Shown here piece by piece: positions 28,301-42,400 of a DNA stretch of 64,000 nucleotides. The translations under genes were made by a program, and so were the position numbers. How positions within the stretch are numbered: position 1 is the first letter of the stretch; each line of letters begins with the position of its first letter. The stretch covers positions 4,165,308-4,229,307 of the forward strand of contig MU061578.1 of NCBI GenBank assembly GCA_013265495.1, given 5' to 3'. The notes beneath the pieces are model-generated. The model was not told the origin of the DNA. It searched no databases and was given only the letters and a program-made list of their open reading frames with translations. This stretch comes from Vicugna vicugna (taxonomy: Eukaryota).

Positions 28301-31300
28301 ATCCTGTCCACCCCTTCCCAGAGGTCCATTCTTTCTTTCCCACTATGCCTTTCCCTCCTTCCCAGCAGACCTTTCACTCCCTCCCAGCATGATCTTCATT
28401 CTTTCCCACTATGCCTGTGTGACCGTTCCCAGTAGGCCTTTCATTCTTTCCCACAATGTCCTTTTGCACCTTCCCAGCAAGCCGTTCACCCTTCCCCAAC
28501 ATGCCTTTCACTTCCTCTCAGGCCCTTCTTTCCCAGCATGCCTTTCACCCTCTCCCAGCAGGCCTTTCATTCAATCCCAGCATGCCTTTCACCCCTTCCC
28601 AGCAGGCTGTTTCCCCTCCCTGCATGCCTTCCACCCTCCAGCTCTCAAGTCATTCTGATTAACTCAGCTGCTTCCTTCATCTGTCATAAAGAGGGCCTCT
28701 CCCCATCTTGGCTTTGTGTTCACAGCTGATGCCCCTACTCAACTATCAGCAGCATGCAAGGCAATCTTTTTTTGGCTGATGTCCTGCCAGGGCCATCCCT
28801 CCTTTCCTCCAGCCTCTCCCCTTCCCCTCTGACCTTGAACAGGCCAGGGAATCTCACGAGGCCCCAGCTCTCTCTGCCTGCACTTTCCCCTAGGAGATGC
28901 ATGGGGCTACAGGTTGTTTCCCATGCATGGTCCAGTCTCTAGTCCAGTGCCTACCCCTGTGAAACTTCCCATCCCCCTCCCACTTTAGTGTGCTCTATTA
29001 CTAGAAGTTCCTTCAAAAATTGCTGAATGGAGGAGTGGAGGAGCAGCATGTGAGGCATGAGGACATGGATGTGGCAGCCCTGGGAAATCAAACACTGGAT
29101 CCTAGGAAAGAACTCAGCTGGACAAAGCAGTCACGCTGAGAGCCAAACCCAGTGCCATGACAGGTGTTCTTGACTTTGACACAGAACACTGTTGCATGTA
29201 CTGGGTTGAATGGTAGCCCCTGAAAGATACGTCCACCTGGATATGAATGTCACCTTATTTGGAAAAAAGGGTCTTTGCAGATGTAATTAAGTGAAGGATC
29301 TCAAAAGGAAACAACTCTAGATCAGTGTGGACCCTAAATTCAAGGACAAATGCCTTATAAGACATAGAAGACACAGACACAGGAGAAGGCCATGTAAAGA
29401 TGGAGGCAGAGACTGGAGTGATATGTCTACAGGCTAAGGAATGCCAAGGATTGCCAGCAATGCCAGAAGCTGGAAGAGATATGGGACGAATTCTCCCTCA
29501 GCCTCAGAAGGAGCCAACCCTCCCACACCTGGCTTTTGGACTTCTGGTCTCCTGGACTATAAGGAAAATAAATTTCTATTATTTTAAGCCACTCAGTTTG
29601 TGGTCATTTGTTATGGCAGGCTAGGAAACTAAGACACCATGTCAGCCCTGGGGTCTCCATACCACCAGAAGGGAACAGAATGGTGTGTTAGAGTCCTGTC
29701 ATCTTGGAGGCATGCACTGCTCCCAGCCTGGCCTCAACCCCAGGCATGAGCAGGGAGGGGCCTGTCCAAAGACATTATGTCCTGAACTGATGGCCCCTCA
29801 GCTCTGAAGATGCACATTAAGCACAGCAAATATTTCCTCCCACATCACAACCCCATGTACTCAAGGACCAGCAGTGTAGGCCTTATCACTGCAAAAGGTC
29901 AATGGCTCACTTCCCAATTTCTGGTCATGATAGTTGTATGTGGAGCAGCTATCTGAGAATCCATCTTTACCACCAACTACCCATGGGGAGAATCTGATCT
30001 GGCTGGGTGAAGTCATTAAGCAGGTCATGGCTTGATTTAGAGATGGCATTTTAAACTCCACTCTAATTGTCTTTAGTGTCACATGCCACACACTCTAGAG
30101 GAGGAAATTTACCTGCCAGGTTCGAACTTGAACTCGGTTTGGCTCCACTGTATAAACGCTCTCTTTGTGCATGGCTAACACGGGTGACTCACACAGGAAG
30201 GTACCTAAAACGAAAGATAACACTCATGACAGCAGCAGCTAGTCTTGTCTTAGTTCCTCAGAGTTTAAGAAACATTCTCACACTAAAATTAGCACTATTT
30301 AGAGAGCAACTATTGATGAGAGAGACTGGAGCCTAGAAGAAAAGATCCACAACGAAGGATACAGTGAGACGGAGAAAAGGGGCAGAACTGTGGTTTAATC
30401 AAGAAGTGTTCTCCCATGTGTTCCTTAATTTTCCTTGGCCCCCGTGATCGCTTTGTGAGAGATGTGTTTGCTTCATCTAGCATATGAGGAAAGTGAGATG
30501 CAGTGAACTGCCCAGGGCCATGGCTGGCAGGGGCTCCCTGGTGTGGACACTCAGTGCTGGGCTCCCTGCCCGGCCCCACTCAGTCCTGGTGTCTCCTCTT
30601 CTCTCCCATCAAGCAGCTGGTGTTTCCAACAGCACAGCGTCTGTGACAGCATAGGTGCTTAAGCATCTGCTTATCTTCTGTGGAACTCTGGAGGCCACAC
30701 ACTCTAGTCTCTGGTTCTAGACAAGCTCTCATCTAGTTAGGAAGATGATGACACAGACAAAACAGAAAATATCTAAACACCTGCTGTGCTATCCTCTTGG
30801 GAGGGTAAGTTCATCCTTGCCCCTCAGAGGTCTATGGTAGAAGAGAGGTGGAGTTGTGAATTATCAGCACAACACAGGGTAGGGTGGGAAAGGTGTTACA
30901 AGAGAACTTTAGGCAACGAAATGTTAGAGGGGGAAACAAGTGAGGGAATAATATAAGGGAGAGAGATAATAACCATTGGAAAAACACCCCCAGGGAGGTG
31001 TGAGGTGTCCAAACAAACACGCAGGGTGATCGCCCTTGGGACAGTGCAGTGACAAGCCCCCCTGTGAGGTGAGAGGGCTGAGGGCAGGACGGGTGAAGGT
31101 AAGAATAATGCGGAAGGAGAGCTAGCTGAGGAGCACATCCTGACGGTCACTTTGATGGGCTGGAGGACGTTCCCCAAAGAGATCAGGTCCTAATCCCAGA
31201 AACCTATGAATACTAGTTGATAAGTGGATAAAGATGTTAAGGTCTTGAGATGGTGAGATTATCTTGGATTATGCAGGTGGGCCCTAAATGAAATCACAAG

Positions 31301-34300
31301 AGTCTCTGTAAGAGGGAGGTAGATTGTTAGACAGGGATAATGTGACAGTGAAAGCAGAGACTGGTGGGATGTGACCCTAAGCCAAGGATTGCTGGCAGCC
31401 ACCAAAAGCTGTAATAAGCAAGGAGCAGGGTCTTCCCTGGAGCCTCTGAAGCCCTGCCAACACCTCAGTTTTGGCCAGTGAAATGGATTCTGGACATCTG
31501 GCTTTGAGAACAGTGAGAGAATAGCTTTCCTAAATGGCCACCCATTTGTGGTCATTGTTACAGCAGCCCTGGAACTCATCCAGGCTTGTGCTAAAGAGCA
31601 GAAGATAAAGGCAGCTCAGTGAATCAGAGAGTTGGAGAGATGGATGGTACAGGTGAGCATCCCTGAAGATCTACCCTGAAATTTGCAGACAGAGGCTGGC
31701 CTGGTTGGAGACACTACAGGCCTGGTGGCTGAGCATGCTCTGGGAAGTTCAGATGTCAGGCGTGAGGCACCCCATACCTGGAAAGCACTGTGTTGTTCAC
31801 ACCCATGCCGCCTTACTTCTGAGCTGTGTGATGGCCCTAGAGCCTAGGAGGGCTGCTGGCCCCAGGTTGGGTTGCATTTCTCAACCCCCTTGACTGGCTT
31901 CTGTCAGGAGGCCTGGGAGGCCCCAGAGGCACCAAGCCAGAGCAGCAGCACTGGCTCTGGACATGAAGGCCACGAGACCCAGACACCAGGCACAAGAACT
32001 GAGATGGGGGTCTCCCTATGGCCCTGTGCCAGCCCACCCCACAGGCACCAGCACCTCCCCCCAAATTAGATGGTGAGAAAATAAAGCAGGTGCTATGAGT
32101 CCCTTCTGTGGGGGTGAGAGGATTTGCACCTGCACTTCGTAACGTGGCTCCGGAAGGCTCAAAGATCATCACTTGTTTTCCATTCCAGACGGCAACTGCA
32201 TCCTAAAAAGAACCATGGAAATTAAAATGCAGCCTGCCATTTGGGCCTGACCGTCCTGAATGACCCTAACAACTGGCCAGGTCTTCTGTCTGCATCAAAG
32301 ACCCCTGGCCAAGCCCACAGGTCAGCCTGCACTTGCCTTGGTGGTGAATACTCCGCTGATGTGCATGTCTGTGCGCAGGCTGTGCACCACCCCCGTGGAC
32401 AGAAAGGACACGCTGAGTAAGCTCGGGGAAACCTGCACCACGGCCACCTGCTGGTGGAAGTGCGAGCACATGGCCTGCTCGCTGAGGATCACCACGGAGC
32501 TGACGCTCTTCACTGCTAGAAGGTTCTTCCTGGAGCCCCACTGCATACCATGTTGGAGAGGCAGAAGCCACAGTGTGAACAGACAGGAAGAGGGTGTCGT
32601 TAGGGCGACGTTATCAATACGAGGATCATAAACCATCTCCCAAGCACTATTTCTTCTTGTTTAAAAATGACTTAAAATTTTTATAAGTGTAAAATGTGTA
32701 ACTTGTAGAAAAGCTTTAAAATGCCGACACCCAGAGTTGAGATTCTACCTGTACGGTTATTCTAGCTCGTGGCTGTCCTGACTGGTTGAGCACCTCTTAG
32801 AGTTTAGTTTTCTGATGTTCACATAGGAGTGTTTATTTTTTATAAATGGAAAGCAAACTTACACACTGTATTAAACTCCCCAGCTTCCCTCTGGTGATGT
32901 CAAATGGCAGTTTCACAACTTCATAGTAAACTTCCAAATCTATACAAATCCGTTTCTGGATTTCCTGATTTATTCCACTGATAAGTTTATCCACTCCTGA
33001 GTAAGCATGCACTGTTAACGGCTGCAGCTTTGAGGTACATTCTGGTGTAAGATACAGGAATGTTCCATTTCTTTTTTTGTTTTGTTTTGAATGTTCCATT
33101 TCTTTTAAAAATTCTTTCTTGGCCATTTGCTCTCCCAGAGAAGTTTAGAATTACTGTATTGAATTCCCCTAGGAGGGGAAATCATTATTTTTACTGGCTA
33201 TACATGTAATTTGTAGTATATTTATTTGGAAAGAAATAACACTTTCATAAGGTGGAGGCTTCTCTTTGAGGTTCATGGTACATCTCACCATTGACTCAAT
33301 TTTTTTTAATGTCCTTTAGGAAGGCTAGTGTGGCTCTTACTATTATTTAAAATGGCACCCCTGTCATTACCAGTGAGGTTACGTGTTTTCCATGTATTTT
33401 ACTTACTAACTATTATTAGGTAAATTATCTGCAGTCTCCTTCATCACTTTATCCATTGGCATTCTTAATATTTTTCTTATAAATGTGAATTTTCTTCATG
33501 TTCTTTATTCTAAGCTATCACTAAAGGTACGATGAGCCATTAGTTTAAAATCACAGCATTCTGTGCAAAGACTCTGTCTCTCACAAAAAAACCCCAAATA
33601 ACACTTTAAACATACACATCAACCAGAGGAGTTGAATACAACTTCAGTATTAAAACAAAGGAAAAAATTACACATTGAAAACCAGGAAAATATTGTGTTT
33701 TAGAGATTAGCCCTTGACAGTGAAGGCTGACCCAGTTTTCCTGTAACTCCAGCCTCCCTGCTCACCACCACCCGCTGTGAGATGTTTTCATGGACTCAGA
33801 TTTTCCCCTCTGCTTCTGAAACTGCTTTTATTACTTCAAATCTAAGAAAGTTTCACTTTCTCTACAGATCTGATTCTATTCTGTGTTTTTTAGCCAGTTA
33901 TTCTGACCTAATTTTTAAGATATTTATCTTAATTCATCTAGAAACGATGTACGACCTGAGCTGAGGATCTAAAAGTCATTCCCAAAATTGCTCTAAGGTT
34001 TCCCTAAACTATTTACTATGCAAGTTTTTGCTTCCTGATTGGTATAGGTGAAGAACGTTTTATCTTTAAAATTCGCCCGGAGTAGATCTGAGAGACCACT
34101 TCCAGACGGCAGGTGAGGAATTCCGAGGACATAATAGGCAACCCCGGTGAAAAGCAGGGAAACACAACATTTGTTTCTCTGGGAACTGGGGACGAAGTCA
34201 GCAAAGAAAGACTCACTGCAGAAAGTCTACTAAACCTGCTAAGAAGAGCAGAGTCTGCCGCACCCAAGCCGGGACACCCTGCCTCCTGCCCAGCAGACCG

Positions 34301-36407
34301 GCCTCCTCTCCTGCGCCACTTCTCACTCCGGCTGCAGGTTTGGGTGAGAGAGGCGAGGGCTCCCTCCTTCCAGAGGCAGAGGCTGGCACTGGACCACGCG
34401 AGGCCCCAGCCCTCACCCCATCTTGCTCTCAGTGCAGAGGCTCCAGGCTGGGAGGGGCCCTCCCAGGCCAGAGGCTTCTGTGCCCAGCCCCTAGCTCACT
34501 GAGCAGGGTGTCCCCTCAAAAAGCCAGCCACTCACCTCACTCCCAAGCTCTGGAGCAGTGACCCAGAGATTTCTTCCTGAGGGGGAAGGCAGTCCATAAG
34601 AACAGGCTGCACCTCAACAGAAATGACTTTATTTGAAACCAATGTGGGCAAGTCCCAGCCTCAGGATGTGCCTGGGAACAGTGGGGATTAGGGGCTGAGC
34701 ATTAAGAGGAGGGTGGAAACTTCACAAGAGCAACAAGCTGGGCGCCAGCGACAGCTCAGCAGAGGGAACTGGGGAAAGGGATACTGAGGAGGAGCCACCC
34801 TGGGATCAGAAACCACCTCGTCCAAATGGACCTGGACCAGCATGTGGAGCCAGCAATGCCCCAAGGTATTGTTCAAAACAAGAGAGCAACCAGCCAGCAA
34901 TCAGGGGAGCCTGACACTGCGATACCAACCGAAGCAGAAAGCTGAACAGAGAGATCAGGGAAAGGACCGTGAACTACCGGCATCCCTGGGTGACTGTGCA
35001 CATGGCTGGCTGGGCCCTCGGAAGACAATGGCAGAGGCTTCCCACTGCAGGGGAAAGAGGGGCACAACAATGGTCTGGCTGGTCACCAGACGAGTAAACA
35101 AGCTAATGCGTCCTGCAGGTGGTGGCAGGGCAGGAAGGTCAGTGTCCCAGAGCTGATACAATATTTAACTGAAATGACCAGGTTTCAACAAAAAGTTAAG
35201 AGCCATGCAAAACAGAATATGATCCACATGCAAGAAAACAATTGAAACTGCCCTGGGGGCCCAGATGTCAGACTTAACAGATGAAAACTTCCAAGTAGCC
35301 ACCATAAACACATTTAAAGAACTAAAGGAAACCACCTACAAGGACATGAAGGAAGGTATGATACACCAAACACCGACTCTCAATAAGGAGACAGAAATCA
35401 TAAAAGAAGAACCAAACACCCAAGAGAAATGAAAACATGCATTCACACAAAAGCTTGTATATAACTGTTCAAGGCAGTATTATTCATAAAAGTCCAAAAG
35501 TGGAAGCAACTGAAATGCCCATCAACGGAGGAAAGGGGGGGGGGTGGAAATCACATACTGGAATATTATTCAGCCATGAAAAGGGACGAAAGCACTGCTA
35601 CATACTGCAACATGGATGAACCTTAAAAACATTATGCCAAATGAAGGAAGCCACTCATACAGGGCCACATATTGTATGATTTCACTTATATGAAGTGTCC
35701 AGAACAGGCAAGTCCACAGAGACAGAAAGTAGATTCATGGCTGCATAGGGCTGGGATTGGGGGGATGGGGAGTGACTGCCAATGGGGATAGATTTCTTTC
35801 TGGGGTGATGAAAATGTTCTACTCTTGTGAGGGTTGGGCAAAACTCTGAGTAGACTAAAACCCATGTTATGTCATATATCTCAATGAAGCTGTTTTTAAG
35901 ATAAAGAGATGATAGAGATATAAGGATGGGTAGATAGATGAAATAGATAAACACAGATCACTACAGATCCCCAATTCCTTATCTGCAGCTCTGAAATCCA
36001 AAAGGCCTTTAAAAATATTTTATTGCCTTTTTTTGTCGTAAGTTGAATAGCTGACACAACCAGGTTCAAAGCCCACGACCGCTTCTACTTTTGTGCATCC
36101 AACACCCCGTCCAGTGTACCTTTATCTGTGTGATGTTTCCTTCAAGCTCCGTGGGGGTCTGAAGGGTCCACCTGTCCTTGCCCTCCACCCCTCCACCACT
36201 CTGGGCACCGGGCACTTTTCTCCACATGGCCACTCGTCCTTTATCAGTACCTGCTGCCAGAAGACCTACAGGTAAAGACAAAGTTTACGTTACTTGAACT
36301 AAAAAGGGATGGAAACAGTAGTAAGCTCCCTCCTCTGAAACACCAGCCGTTGGCGCCTCCATCCAGTAACTCTCCAGCCTCTGATCTGGCTTCACCACTG
36401 CAGGTAA

Positions 36408-36443
<36 letters not shown>

Positions 36444-39400
36444 CGCACGCGTACACACACGCAGATGGGGTGGTGGTGCTGTCTGCCGTCTGGTTTCTGG
36501 CTTCCATGAGAGAGAAGCCTGACTGCCCACTCAGTGCTGCTTATCCAATGCCAGGCAGCACGGAGAACACGGGCAGAAAATCAGTGCTTCTCTTATGTGT
36601 CTCCTAGTCTTTCTGTCCTGTGTGTGCATGCGTGTGTGTACGTGTGCACATATATGTATATTTCCTACATCCGAGCGGCCGCCATAGCTGTAATTGAGGT
36701 TCCGTTCTCCTGAATAGCCCCTAGTTCCATGTAATCATCATGCAGCCCAGAGCAGAGCCTGAGGTGGGCTCTTTCTCTCTCTCTCATGCCAGGAAGTCTC
36801 ACCTTTGACTTTACAGTAAGAAACACAGTTTATATTCTCTCCTTTTTCAAAACCAAACTTCTCCTCTGGACTCAGTATGTAATTCTCTCCTCTTTCTAAA
36901 TCCCAGAACCTACAACACAAGGAAGAAAGCCCCCCAAGGGGCCTGTGTTAGTGTGTCTCCCTCAGCTCCAAGAGTCTTCTTCAACCTGCAGAGCAAATTT
37001 TAAAAATCAGGAACTCTGGTGAGAAAAGCCTGGCGTTACCCCATTTATGCCCTGTTCACAGTCAAAGGGAGCAGCTGTTAATAACAGAGGGTTCCTGTGT
37101 GACACCAGGTCACAATGAGAACAAAGGACTCCAACCACCCCCAATAACACAGGAGAACCTCTGAACAGCAAGTGGACACGAGAGCACATTAGCATGGATT
37201 CCATCTATACCAGGCCATGTGGATGTGTGTGGTTGGTAACAGGGCACCATAATTTGTGTGTTTTTCTACATGTATGTTACACTCCAATAAAAAGTTTACT
37301 CAAGAGACTGTTCTGGGCAGAATCTTAAATCACAGGCTCTCACCTGAGGACCGCCTCCCCTACAGCGGTCACGAGAAGGCTGCCTTCGATCAAAGCGATG
37401 TCTACCCAGCGACCAGTCTTCCCACTCAACTTCACCTGCACGGCAAAAACAACCCAGACAGAGCATGTCACTCTTGTTGAGACCGTGTTCCTGTACAGGA
37501 CTCTGATCTGTAGTGACCTCGTGGAGACTCACCAAGTGGAGGGAGGGAGGGTAGAGGTGGACACCTGGAAAGGCAGCCCCAGCTTTTGAGGCCAAAGCAA
37601 CGACGATTTGCATGTTAAATGGTTGATGACAGCGGGTACCCAGTGCATGGCGAGGCAGCCGTCACACCCCATGTGCACAGCAAACCTCCCAGGGCTCACC
37701 AGCCAGCAAGGGGCTGAGGAGGGATTTGAACCTAGGTCCACAGGACTCAGTGACCACATTTCAACCCCTATGTAGACAGAGGTGCACAAATGACCCCACA
37801 AACACTGACGCCCCCCCCGCGATCTACAGGAGCATCTTAGAGAAGGTTCAGAGTCCTCTGAGAATCATGGAATCTTCCGGTATATACCAAGAAATAAGCA
37901 GGAGGGTGGCGCGAGCAGTCCTCAGGGAGCTGCAGGCACTGTGAGACCAGGACCCAACACCCTGGCACTTTCGGGCATCCTCTCGTGAGTGAGCAAGAGG
38001 CTCCCTCGGGGACAGCAGGGCATCCTCAGTTGTGACTGTCACCCACGTCTTGGGTAAAGCAACGCGCACATGTGGGCCAGCAGCTGTGTCGTGGAAGAGA
38101 CACTGATGACAACCCCCCAGGCCCTCGAATGCAGCCTGCACGTGGCTGGATTTCCCTACCTTGTGTCCCCACCGCATGGGGAACCCAGGGCCCCCCATAC
38201 TCCTTCTCCCGCTGCTCTAGGAAGGCCTCTTCCTTCTGCGGCTCCCCTACTGTGAACGATAAATGAGGTACTAAAGCTCTGTCAGCAGCCCTGAAATACG
38301 GATTCCTTAACTCAGCCAAGGGGTGGGTGAGGCTGGCAAGAGGAGCTGATGACCCCGGCCCCGGCCCCACACACCTTCATCATCTCCTCGGCCTTGCCGT
38401 CGGGTGTCACCATGTACAGGCACAGCAGCAGGCTCTCTGTGACTGCCGCCAGCGCCTCTCCCTTCTCCATGTAGAACAGCATCTGGACAGAGCTGTCGGT
38501 CGACGCCACCTGGGCCGTCTTGCCTTTCTCGTCCATGTAGTGCACAGTCCCTGGGGGAAAAGGGTCAGTCCTTTCTGTCCACTTAGGGACATTTTCAAGT
38601 AAAACACCTTCATTATAACCATTTACAAGTGCAACGTTTTAACAACATGGCACGTGACCTCACAGGCAGCCACCTCTGAAATGAGCTGTCTCATTGGTCA
38701 GTTCAGCCTTGACCTTGACCCCAGCACCCCTGCCAGTCCTCCCCCAACCACTTCAGAGGGCTCCGATCCTCCTGGCTCGCCTCCTCCACACAGTTTGTCC
38801 TGTTCCTCGAACACGAAGTGCACATCTATCGGCTATATGCTGAGGTCCTCAACTGTGACCCCTCCTGCAGCCACCCTGTGCCCTCTGTCCCACGTTGCAT
38901 TGGTCAACGTCTTGTCTACACTCTGCTTACCTCCACAGGCCCTCATCTAAGCCTCAGGGCATCTCTTGGGCTGGACTTCTACTTCTGGACCCTGCCTGAG
39001 CCTGCCCGCCCCTTGTGTACCTCCCGGGTCCTCTTCAGGCTTCTGAGCACAGGGGGTGGGACCTCTGGGAGGTCTCAGATGTGATTCATCTCCTTTGCCC
39101 TCAGGAGCATCCTCACCCTCTGGACCCCTCCCACCTCAGTCCCAATGGACAACTTGGGTTCTTATTAAGCTGAGAAGGTCCAGGTCATCTAGAAGTGAAC
39201 CATAACAATACCTGGTATTTACTCAGCACATGTTTGTGACAGGCTTGAGTCTGCTATCATTTCCAGTGTGCTCTTGAGGCAGGTATTGTAATTTGGCCCA
39301 TTTTATGCATTAAAGACGTGGGTTAATTAGCCACTGAGATGCACTGCTCCCGACTGAGGGGACGCACTGACACCCACTACGGAGCCGGGCTCGTCAGTGC

Positions 39401-42400
39401 CCCACCCCCTCCCCTGGGGTGGGTGGACACACCCTTGTGCACTCAGCATCTCCTGCGTGTCTTTCCCACCCCATTTCCTCGATTCTCCTTCCTGAGGGCA
39501 CCTGGCCCTTGGTCTCCCCTCCCAGCCACCCCAACAGTGCTGGGCCCACTCCATGTTCCTCCTGGGGCCACATCCAAGTCTCCTCCTGCAGCTGCATCTC
39601 CTTACCTCCAGAGACGCAAGGTTTCTTTATTTTTAAATAGACAAAAGCCCCCCAGCCACTCCCAGTTGTCACCTGTCACAGTTAAGCTACATGATGACAA
39701 CGTCCTCGAACCTCATCACCTCTGTGCAGCCACCCTTCTTCAGCCTCTTTCCCGCAGTGGACACACACTTGTGCACATCTCTTGTGAATGTGAAAGACTA
39801 TTTCCCTGAACTTCATGTTGCGTTTATCAGCTGCCGTGGGGCCGTCTGCCTCACTACACATGCTAAGGACAAGTTGTGTCAAAATCAGGACAGACGGCAC
39901 TGACATCTGCAGGCTGGAAGCAAACCCAGCCAGCATGTCCTGCTCCCATCCCATCCCAGAGCAGAGCTGAGCACCTGGCATGAGGCGGTGCCCCACGACG
40001 ACACAGGCTCGACAACAGGACGCAACCAGGGGTCTGTCCCGTCTGGTGCTGCACAATGACCACCTCATCATGAAAAACCTTCAAACGCCAATAAAGCTCC
40101 ATTTGTCTCAGTCGGGTCAAGGTGAAGCCATTCTTTGGATATCAGGGAAAAAAACTACAAGAAGCTGGCTAACGTGTCCCTCTGGGAGTGCCAGCCTGTG
40201 ATTTTATGCAGAAACACCATCCATTTGTTTTTAATCTCACCCAGCTACCCTGAAATCCCAGTGTCCCAGAATCCCACCCCAAGTCTCACCGTCCGTCAGG
40301 CTGACAAAGAATGAGAGGTCGTCCTGAGATCTCATTTTCAGGAAACTTCCAAAGCCACTTTTCCTCCAGTTAAACATGTCCAGGGCCTTCTCGTCACCAC
40401 TCACAGCCGCCTTCGCCAACTGAACAAGGTCCCTGGAAGCAAGAGGGACAGTGAAGTCAGGCTTCCTTGCTGCTCCCTGGGTGAAGGCGGTGTAATTACC
40501 AAAGTGACCCCCCCAGCATCAGGAGCCACAACACCGCCCCGCCAGCCCCTCCAAGGATGCAGACACCAGCCGCCACATGAGCGCTACTTACTGGCTGGGA
40601 GGGGGGAGCCGGAAGATGCAGTGAGTCAGGTGTTTCCCATACTCGTGCTTCAGTAGGGGTGCCCCCTGGATGCGACCCCTTTGGTCCAACCTCCATAAAA
40701 ACAGGACACCAAGCTGGAAGACCCAACACCACATAGGGAGGAAGCACATTCTTATGGGGTGACTGGTGGAAGGCAGGGTTACACGTGTGCTTACTCCTTT
40801 TTTAACTTTTAAATTACAAAGCTCCTACACATGCACCATGAAAAAGACAAACAATTCAAAAGTGTTCAATGAAGGAACCAGAAACTCTCCTATGTGCCCC
40901 CCCTCAACTTTACTCCCTGAAGATAAACCAGTGTCACACGTTCAGTTTTTTAAACAAACCTTTAATTTTGGAATAGATTCAGATTTAAGGAAAAGTTGCA
41001 AAGACAGTTCAGAGAAGTCCCATACCCAACACCTAGCCTCTCCAATTATTGATCTAATGTCACCATGCTACATTTCTCCAAATTAGTGAGCCAACTGGTG
41101 CACTATACTAACTAAAGTTGGTATCTTCTTCACATCTCCCTGCTTCTTCCTGACCCGGGACCCCATCCAGGCCCCACAGACATCTGGGCATCACGCCTCC
41201 CTGGGCTGCTCTGGGCTGGGACAGTGTCTCAGACTTTCCTGGTTTTGATGTCTTGATGGTGCTGAGGAGGACTGGGCAGGGATTCTGTAGAACGTCCCTC
41301 CCGTAGGATTTGTCTGAGGTTTTTCTCATTGTTGACGGCATGGTTTGGGAGGAAAACTAGAGGTGAAGTGCTGTTGTCCACACATCTATCAGGGGACTGC
41401 TCTGCTGATAGTGACTCTGATCTCTCGGCTAAGATTATGTCTGCGAACTTCTTCACTGTCCTCTTTTCCCCCTTCCAGCCTGTCCTGTTTGGAAGGAAGT
41501 CACTGCACAGCCCACATGCAGGAGAAGGGAGTCATGGCTCACTTCCTTGAGGATGCAGTGTCTCCATAGATTTGTCGAGATCTGTCTCTTCTCCACCACT
41601 TACTGACTTATTAAATCACAGATCTGTATCAATATGGACTCATGGATATTTATGTTCTGCTTTGGGTTATAACCCAATATCACTGTATTTGTTTTGATGC
41701 ACAAATGGTCCAGCTTTGGCCACCAGGAGCTCTCTCGGCTGCTCCTGCATCCCTGTGATGCACCAGGTGTTGTGGGTTCTGTGAGCACCTCCTTCCCTCC
41801 TGGCACCACCAGATTCTCTGGGAGCATGGTCCTGCCCCCGTCCTAGAATCAGCCATTTCTCCAGGGAGCCCTGGTTCCTTTTATTGGAGGAAACCAATAG
41901 AAGCCAAGATCTGAAAGCCATGTGTACTGTATATTCACTTTCGAAGTCCTCAAAATCTCAAGGCAACGGCACAGACAAGTGCTGGGAAAGCTCAAGTCAA
42001 GGAGATTATGCCCCTAGAGTTGGTCCAGGAGGGTTTCTGAGGGGGACAGGAGCGAAGTGTTGCCAAATGGCACTATTTCCATTAAAACCTGCGGCTCTTT
42101 TGCTTTGATGCCACAGTGTTCCTCAAGGCATGTTTCCTGCTCAGGGCATCAGTGGGCATTTTAATAGACAGTGAAGTCATCTGCCCATCCTTCTTTCAAG
42201 CAGCTTTCATTCCAGTATCCTCACATGCTGGGTAACATCACTTTATTGTATGTAAAAATATGATTTTCAAATAATGTTAGCCTTAAAAAGCAAATTGTAC
42301 AGTGAACCTCTATGAAAAGTATGTAAGATCAGAAATAGTATGGAACACAAGTACACATAGAATTTGAACAGTATATTATTAAACAGATTTTTCTTGACTT

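Noticed and set aside
27955..28640. CRISPR-like repeat array
   Set aside because: No unique spacers, degenerate head-to-tail units, eukaryotic intron, no cas genes
27924..28658. 244-aa P/S/F-rich ORF
   Set aside because: Product of the pyrimidine-rich tandem repeat, which lacks stop codons
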